DNA of 64,000 nucleotides from Albugo candida (Eukaryota): NCBI GenBank assembly GCA_040437565.1, contig JBDOQK010000011.1, positions 372,001 to 436,000 of the forward strand, read 5' to 3'. Shown piece by piece: positions 56,257 to 64,000 of this stretch (position 1 is its first letter; each line of letters starts with the position of its first letter). The notes under the pieces were generated by a model. It saw only the letters and a program-made list of their open reading frames with translations, ran no database searches and was not told where the DNA came from. The position numbers and the translations under genes were made by a program.

Positions 56257-59200
56257 ATGTTTGGTAATAATGGGCAGAGTTTTCAAGGAAATACAACCGA
56301 TAACTTTGCAAATTCACCGTTCATTTTAAGAAACCATGCCAAAAATCCGTCACCTTCACCACCCATCTTCAACGCAAATCCCTTTGCAGCGCAGAAAGCT
56401 CCATCAGAACCTCCAAATGTCCAATTTCCGACCGCAGCACCATTTACGTCCAATCCAATCACATGCAGCCAAGATTATAAGCCGCCCCAGATAGCCGCAT
56501 TTAGTGCCAATAATAGCGCTCCAGTAAGCATATTTCCAGCGAATCCAAGCGCTACAAATCCTTTTGCAACTTCAACATGGAACTCCTCTTCTTCCTTTGC
56601 CTCTTTCGCTCCACAAGCGGTCAATCAAAAGGCTATCGCCAGCGAGAGTGATATCAATCCTTTCGCACTCGTTTCCACCACAACAGCCTCCTCCAACACT
56701 TTTTTTTCGGGAGCACAAACCGCTACTTCACAACAATCATTCTCACTTCCATCGAATCCGCACACACAATTTTCTTTAAGTACGCCGTCAATAACAACGA
56801 CATTTGGATTCGGACATGAAAAGAGCTCAAATAAGAAAAGCGTGGAGAATGAAAATCGTGTGAGAGAGAATACGACCGAAAAAAGCAATCGAACGCGAAT
56901 ACCTTTCCGCAGAAAAAATGAAGGGGCTACTAATATGACTGGAAATGAGGAATTCGGCCAAAATCAAGTTGCACATTCATTCCCACCATTTGAAAGCGGG
57001 TATCTCACACCACACAAACGACCATCATTCCAACAAAAAGCTATTTCAAATTCGAGTAAGAAGAGCAATTTATCAGCTTCCTCTACGGTGAGCAGCACAA
57101 ACGACAGGCTATCTAATCCGACATTACGCCATGTACTGGATGATTCATTATCGAGCGCAGTTGCCATGTCAAATACGCAAATGGATCGTAAAGCAGAACT
57201 CTCCTCTGCTACGAATTTGGATGGGCTTTGTGTTGACAAATGTAGCTTGACCGAACGTGAACTTCATCTTCGCGTTGACGAGCTGAGCGTGTTTGAAAAA
57301 AGTATGCCGAGTAATCCTAAATCTCCACAAGATTTGATTGTCAAACGCTTTCAACGGAGTTCTGCGGATCACAAGCTCGACATTCCACAAGAGGTTCGAC
57401 CACCAGGCGTACTGCGTCTCACACAACTATACCTTGAGCAGGAGATCATGGATAGGGAAATTTTGGGCTCGGACGCGCGATTTGATCCCCCACGAGCTCC
57501 AGAACCGATCGAGCTGTACAACTTTTGCTGGGATCGAACGCGAATGATTCGAAAAGATTTCACATTGCAAAATTATCGTGGTGCAGGAGGGAGAGTCAAT
57601 CCCATTGTATTGGACGTGCACGAACGGATCGCACGATACCACATCATGTGCGAACATGAACTCTGCCAAGTCTCAAGTTTTGTGGCACAACAAAATATGG
57701 AGCAACTCGGCCAGACACTCAAATCGCTTAATGAGTTGTACGATGAAGCATTCAAGACCGGAGATGTCCGCCAACAAAGTCCTTTTGAACCAGAATTACG
57801 AGCGTACTTTATTTTATGCACATTGGATAATGGACGAGGCCTTGATGTTCTCAAATTTGTCAAAGGACTTTCAAGTACAGTTATGAATAGTCGACATGTT
57901 CAATTTGCGATGAAAGTCTTCGTTGCGCGACATACGGACGACTACTACTTGTTTTTCCAACTTTTCAAGCAAGCAACATTCCTGCAAGCGTGTCTCTTAT
58001 TCCGATTTATTGCGAGTATGCGTTCATGCACCTTACAACGAATGAACAGAGCATATCGGAACTATACATACCCATTGGCTGATCTAGCGGAACTTTTATG
58101 CTTTGATGATATCGACCAAGCTGCTGAAGTTTGCCGACATCACGGGCTTATTATCTCGAATCACACAAGTCGAGACAATATCGCAAGCACTGAGGAAGAA
58201 GACATGGATGAACAAGAAATGGAAGAAACGAATGATCTCGCTATGATACGATTCGGCGGAGAATTTGAAACAGGTAAAAGGCGCGGATTCAACTCTGTCA
58301 GCGGTGCGTTGTGTTCAGCATGAGATGCTTTACCTCTTTTTGTTAGATATCGAACTGCATCGTAAAAAGACTCCTTTGGAAGTACGAATGTCTGAAAAGT
58401 ATATCTCGGAAAAGCAGAGGTAGAGAGGATTTCCAACATATATGGTGGCTGGGTCTAATAATATTTTGGATGTAGGACTTATCTTCGACGTGATATCTGT
58501 CGAGGAGTAACCGAGTACTCTAGTCACGAGTATCCATATCTCAGCGATCTGGTTGAAGAATTAGAGCGAGAAGAGCGAACAAGACTGTACCCTGGTAGGA
58601 AACAATACGCCGATGGATACTCGAGATTCCGGGATTACAGAGTATCTCCACCATGGACGGCTCAGGGCACTAAGAATGGAAATGCAGATGGAACACAAAA
58701 GGCAGCTCGTGCCGAATCAGATAGCTCGAACGATTTGGCACGTATCGCTTCGCGTCATGCAGAAATCGAAAATCAACGAAAACTGGCGATAGAACGGCTT
58801 CAGCAACTACAGAGAGAGAAAGAATTAGCTGAAGCAAGAAAACGAGAGCAGGAAATGACACGTCTGGTGACAGAAATGGAAACTCAACAGGTTAAGTTGA
58901 AGGAACAAAAAAACGCTCTTGAGGAAAAGGAGCGACAAGAAGCCGACCGACTTGCAGGATTGAAGGAAATAGAGGAGAAGAAGCGGCAGGACCAAATACA
59001 GCGAGAGATGGACAAGGAAGCTGAGAAACGTAAGAGAGATGAAATCGAGTGGCGCAATCGAGAGCAAGAACGACTTCGTCGCGCTGAAGAAGAAACAAAG
59101 CGTCGAAATGAGAGAATGTCACGTATAAAGCTATATCAAGCCAAACTCGATCGCGAAAAGAGAGAAAAGCAATTGGAAGTTGAAAGGCAACTCGCTGCAA

Positions 59201-61657
59201 AGCGGAAAGAAGAAGCTCGAGCACGAAAACAACACTTGACGATCATCCGATTCCGCTTTCACTTATGGAAAAAATATCGTCTTCGAGCGAGAAAGGGACC
59301 AAAGCAACCCCTACGTCTCACTTTGGATATGATACCCAAATCTATCGATTCGTCCGGCATCGTACCATCTTTTATACGAGCATCAAGGTCAACTCACGGA
59401 TTCAAAAATCATGCAGTCGAAGAGCTTCGCGTCATTCCATGGGAACCAGTCAATTTGGCGTGCCATTTGGGCCCGATATTGTCATCAAAATATCCACTCG
59501 CATCTCAGATTGGATGGAAATTGGTCGTCGCGGATATGATGGATCCTCATGCATCGAGCTTTGGAAGTTGGTGCGCGCTCATGTGCGGTATTTCAGGTGA
59601 TCCACAAATGAGTCACGNNNNNNNNNNNNNNNNNNNNNNNNNNNNNNNNNNNNNNNNNNNNNNNNNNNNNNNNNNNNNNNNNNNNNNNNNNNNNNNNNNN
59701 NNNNNNNNNNNNNNNNNGGCAGGACCAAATACAGCGAGAGATGGACAAGGAAGCTGAGAAACGTAAGAGAGATGAAATCGAGTGGCGCAATCGAGAGCAA
59801 GAACGACTTCGTCGCGCTGAAGAAGAAACAAAGCGTCGAAATGAGAGAATGTCACGTATAAAGCTATATCAAGCCAAACTCGATCGCGAAAAGAGAGAAA
59901 AGCAATTGGAAGTTGAAAGGCAACTCGCTGCAAAGCGGAAAGAAGAAGCTCGAGCACGAAAACAACACTTGACGATCATCCGATTCCGCTTTCACTTATG
60001 GAAAAAATATCGTCTTCGAGCGAGAAAGGGACCAAAGCAACCCCTACGTCTCACTTTGGATATGATACCCAAATCTATCGATTCGTCCGGCATCGTACCA
60101 TCTTTTATACGAGCATCAAGGTCAACTCACGGATTCAAAAATCATGCAGTCGAAGAGCTTCGCGTCATTCCATGGGAACCAGTCAATTTGGCGTGCCATT
60201 TGGGCCCGATATTGTCATCAAAATATCCACTCGCATCTCAGATTGGATGGAAATTGGTCGTCGCGGATATGATGGATCCTCATGCATCGAGCTTTGGAAG
60301 TTGGTGCGCGCTCATGTGCGGTATTTCAGGTGATCCACAAATGAGTCACGCTGCATCATACGATATTCGCCACACGCAAACTCAGACAGGACAACATATA
60401 ATGACATGTGCTCGATTGATACACGCCGATGCTCTCAACGACACAGAAACGAAGAACGCATTCCTCGGAACTTCAACAGTAATCTTCCCATTGGATTTGC
60501 AAAGCGTATCAGATAATCACAAAATGGGGCGAATGGCTATGTGGAAGAAACGAGTCGCTGCATCGCTTGCCGCGTTGGAGCCTTATACACAAACAAATGT
60601 TGTGGTCTTGTTGTTTTCAAGCGGACAAAAAAGAGAAGAATCATCGGATGTGCATGTATTTTGTGATCAAATGCAGCGACGATATCATGGAACAGTGCAA
60701 GACATAACGTGCCATTCCATTCACGAGAATGGGGAGCCTATCGGCAATTGCACTTATGAAGAAGAATTCGAGCGGATACTACGCAAGAGTGTCATGGAGT
60801 GCGAGAATGTGGGAGAAGAATCAATGGAAGCGATTTCTCTGCAGTCATTATTGACTTTTATTCTGGAACAGTTTATGAAGCATTCCCTCACACGTGGATA
60901 CAAAATGCAAGTGGATTTTCAGCGTATCACCTCTGAGCTTTGTATTTTTTGGGAAGAAGATGTCAAAGCGAATGCCAACATCAAACCGTGTGCTCCGGAA
61001 TTATTCCCATTCATATGCGAAGATGACGCCGACGGACGTTATAACTGTCCGTACACGCGAGAATCATTGAATGAAATCAAAACACATTTCTACAAACTCA
61101 CACACACACAAATTGAGATCGACGTAGAAACATTAATTGGGAAATCCATCGCACAAGCGCATGACCTCGTGGTTATCAAGTGCATGGAATGGGCAGATCG
61201 TCTCTTCTCAATGCATGGAAACAGTCTCTTTATTCACAATCTCAAGAATTCCATTCGTGTTGGGCTGCAAATCGTCAAACCCATTCAGAGAAATGTCATT
61301 GTCACAAACGAATCACATGCAATACGGATTCTGGAAAATCTTCTTCCGTGGAATGTATTCGGAAATGTGTATAGCGTATATAGTGAAACAATCCCAGAAG
61401 AGTGCACGCTGTACATCTCGTCCAAATGTAAAAGGCGCGTGGAAGCGCTTCTTGCATCTCGAAAATTGGAATTCGATATAAAGGAATGGCGAGCTTCACA
61501 GCGAAACAAGACAACCGACAAGCTGATAAAGAGAAAGACACCGATACAGCCGACTCGAAGCGCACATTCGGCAAAAAAAGCAAAGGATCAAAGTAGCATG
61601 AGATTAGCTCAAACTTACAGACGCTTCTTATGTATCGAAATTGAACGGGGAACTTAG
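56257..61657 (+). CDS. SAC3: SAC3/GANP mRNA export factor, multi-exon, spans a gap with duplicated segment
   Basis: N-terminal NPF/FG-rich region, GLCVDKCSLTER, VKRFQRSSA...EVRPPGVL, YNFCWDRTRMIRKDFTLQN, ERIARYHI, ELRAYFIL; long coiled coil and IGWKLVV region. Confidence 0.88.
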
Positions 61658-61698
61658 TTTCACAACTCTCAACATTCAACCTTCGCTTATTTACGACA

Positions 61699-62634
61699 CT
61701 ACATGCGGCTACTTTGACGGCGAGCAGCACAAGCCAAAACGATGATAAAGAAGCAGATACCTGCAACAATGAACGCAACTGTCATAATCTTTGTCAAGAG
61801 ATCAACAATAGTCCGTAAAATAATTGGTCGACACTCTCCGAATGGCGAATTCTCAAATTCCGATTGATCGCCTCTCTTTGCGAAGAAGTTGACGCACCAC
61901 ACCATAGTCGTCTTGGAGCGCGGACACTTGGAGTTTGCCCATTGTAGCAAATTGGAGTATTTGGCAAACATTTTGGCTTGACCACAAACGTCACACGCGG
62001 TCTTCACCTGTGGCATCCGTGTGAGAATTTCAGCTTTTGCACAAACTCCATTCAGCCCAACAACATCGCTCAATGCTCCTTCGACAGCATTAGCAATCAT
62101 TGGTGAAATTTGAGGATTATACGCTTGGAGCAACTCGGTAGCTTTCGCATCATTACACAAATACACGCCTTCTGCATAGCAGTACCCTTGGTTGAAATAC
62201 TTTGCATATTTCTCTTCGTCATCAGCCCGCTTCCCATTCTCCAAATCCTTTGCTTTATTTTTAAACGACATCGCGAATCCCGCGACAATGAAAAACACTG
62301 TCATAAGCGCCATCACCACGCAATTGTACAGCACGAGTAAGACGCGGGAACGTGTGAATGACCCAATTAATCCGATGAGGCCCACGCCGATCACACAACC
62401 ACCGACAATCTTCCCAATTAGAAGCGGCGTATCGAACTTTGACTCGTATGAAGTGTCCCGCACCGCATCGTACCAACCTTCATTCCTGACTCGCGATACT
62501 AAAACGATAATAAACACTCCGATTCCAATGAAAATGAGATTCAAAATGCCGAATAACGCGCGTAAGACGAGACGCTGGCTTGGTCGGTCATCTTCTCTCT
62601 TATTATAGTACTCTTCGGGCTCCGAGTTATGCAT
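61699..62634 (-). CDS. Tetraspanin-like four-pass membrane protein
   Basis: Three N-terminal TM helices (LNLIFIGIGVFII; IGVGLIGLIGS...SRVLLVLY), Cys-rich large loop, fourth TM near the C-terminus. Confidence 0.8.
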   Translation of the reverse strand: MHNSEPEEYYNKREDDRPSQRLVLRALFGILNLIFIGIGVFIIVLVSRVRNEGWYDAVRDTSYESKFDTPLLIGKIVGGCVIGVGLIGLIGSFTRSRVLLVLYNCVVMALMTVFFIVAGFAMSFKNKAKDLENGKRADDEEKYAKYFNQGYCYAEGVYLCNDAKATELLQAYNPQISPMIANAVEGALSDVVGLNGVCAKAEILTRMPQVKTACDVCGQAKMFAKYSNLLQWANSKCPRSKTTMVWCVNFFAKRGDQSEFENSPFGECRPIILRTIVDLLTKIMTVAFIVAGICFFIIVLACAARRQSSRM

Positions 62635-62958
62635 TTGAATAGCGTCGTATTGTCAAATAGAATGGTATTTTGTAATAAACAATGGATTTAGGAGCGAAAA
62701 GAGTGTTACGTAATGTGTAGGGTACAGTTGCACAATCATGTGTCAAATCATAAGGCAAGACATCTCTACCGTTTGTGGCGCACGCACTAGATGCGCATTG
62801 TACCGCTTTTACCGCGATTTAACTGTGTAAGGTTCTGTGTGTGAATTGTAACCAATGAAAATGATTCATAAGAAATCGAAGAATACCACTACGATCGCAT
62901 TCAGAAACGCACAAAAGAGAGGCAGAAGTTCTTCGCAGAATAATAATACATTTGAGAA

Positions 62959-64000
62959 ATGGACCCTTCCGAAGTATGTGTATTGGTTGTAGAAGATGAT
63001 GAATTCACACGCATGGCTACGATCGATATATTACGCTCTTGTCGCTATGAAGTATTCGCGGTGGAGAATGGAAAAGAAGCTTTGAACGCACTTATGCAGG
63101 AACCTACAAAGTACGATTTAGTACTTTGCGATGTTATGTTACCTGTTATGAATGGAATTCAACTGTTAGCGGCAATGATGGAACGCAATGGCATTGCATC
63201 AACGCATTCCGTAGCTTTGCATCATATTCCTGTCGTAATGACCTCAAGCAATGAGGAAATGGATGTGGTCACCAACTGTCTTAGTAAAGGCGCCAAGGAT
63301 TACCTCATCAAACCGATACAAGTCAACACGGCTAAGACTTTAGTGCGGCATGTATGGCTGAGCCAGCAACAAGACCAGCAGCGCGCATTTCCACCAAGTC
63401 AATTTTCTTCTTTCTCACAAAACCAGCACTTAGCAAACGGAAATACATTCCATACAAACGCAAACAAGTCAAAACTGAACGCTTCCTTGTGGCAAGATCT
63501 AGAAATGATTCGAAATATTGGAAAGGGAACACATGGAAATGTGGTGCTGGCTAAACGTCGCGTGGATGGAGCTATTGTAGCAGTCAAACGCGTCCAAACT
63601 TCACAAATTAGTGAGAGTGGGAAGAAACAAGCCGATAACGAAGTGGTGTTATTACAATCGTTATATCATGTTAACATCGTTCGTTTTTATGATCATTTTA
63701 TGATTGCCGATGAGTTAAATATCGTCATGGAGTACTCGGATGGCGGGAACTTGAGACAACTCGTCAAAATGAGATCGAGAGAAAAAATGGGACCTTTTCC
63801 GGAAGCCGTTATTATGTCGTGGTTTGCGCAATTGGTCCTCGCGGTGGCGTATATTCACGGAAAAAACGTCCTACATCGTGATTTAAAGGCTCAGAATGTG
63901 TTTTTGACACGGAAAAATGTTGTCAAGTTGGGCGATTTTGGAATTTCGAAAGCATTGGCAGGTGATGTTACAGCAAACACCGCGTGTGGAACGCCAGAAA
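62959..64000 (+). CDS. Response-regulator receiver (REC) domain fused to a NEK-family Ser/Thr kinase, 3'-truncated
   Basis: Manual translation from ATG 62959: VLVVEDDEFTR...YDLVLCDVMLPVMNG...IPVVMTSS...GAKDYLIKP, then IGKGTHG, VAVKRV, NEVVLLQSLYHVNIV, LHRDLKAQNVFL, KLGDFGISK, ACGTPE. Frame is open to the window end. Confidence 0.92.
   Translation, partial: MDPSEVCVLVVEDDEFTRMATIDILRSCRYEVFAVENGKEALNALMQEPTKYDLVLCDVMLPVMNGIQLLAAMMERNGIASTHSVALHHIPVVMTSSNEEMDVVTNCLSKGAKDYLIKPIQVNTAKTLVRHVWLSQQQDQQRAFPPSQFSSFSQNQHLANGNTFHTNANKSKLNASLWQDLEMIRNIGKGTHGNVVLAKRRVDGAIVAVKRVQTSQISESGKKQADNEVVLLQSLYHVNIVRFYDHFMIADELNIVMEYSDGGNLRQLVKMRSREKMGPFPEAVIMSWFAQLVLAVAYIHGKNVLHRDLKAQNVFLTRKNVVKLGDFGISKALAGDVTANTACGTPE

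Overview
Gene-dense eukaryotic scaffold with about 31 protein-coding genes, short (~45-70 nt) GT-AG introns, often <100 bp between genes, and ten 100-N assembly gaps. Most gaps are flanked by duplicated, unmerged contig ends. Gene content (oomycete-type bZIP, flagellar dynein IC and CFAP52-like genes, PH/FYVE-PI4K) and compactness suggest a zoospore-forming oomycete, most plausibly Albugo-like; this is inference, no database search was run. Most genes are housekeeping: CC2D1, AAMP/SQT1, IWR1, SIN1, PI4K, RCE1, DNAI1, ARP4, Rab-GDI, RRP9, CMTR1, glutaredoxin, RCC1-like, AATF, SAC3/GANP. The most striking locus is a three-exon gene at 47041-49869 that the ORF track splits into three ORFs. Spliced, it encodes about 900 aa with an FHA domain, a CHAT (caspase-like) protease with intact His-Cys dyad, and a STAND/NB-ARC-like NTPase, i.e. 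an NLR/apoptosome-like protease. Also notable: a receiver (REC) domain fused to a NEK kinase at the window end (absent from the ORF track), a DEP-like domain inside the PI4K N-lobe, an ankyrin-interrupted Iwr1, a SPIRAL1-like protein and an intron-containing bacterial-type DinB gene. No rRNA, tRNA, CRISPR or intact mobile element was recognised. Domain calls come from recognising motifs by eye; splice sites are manual and approximate.
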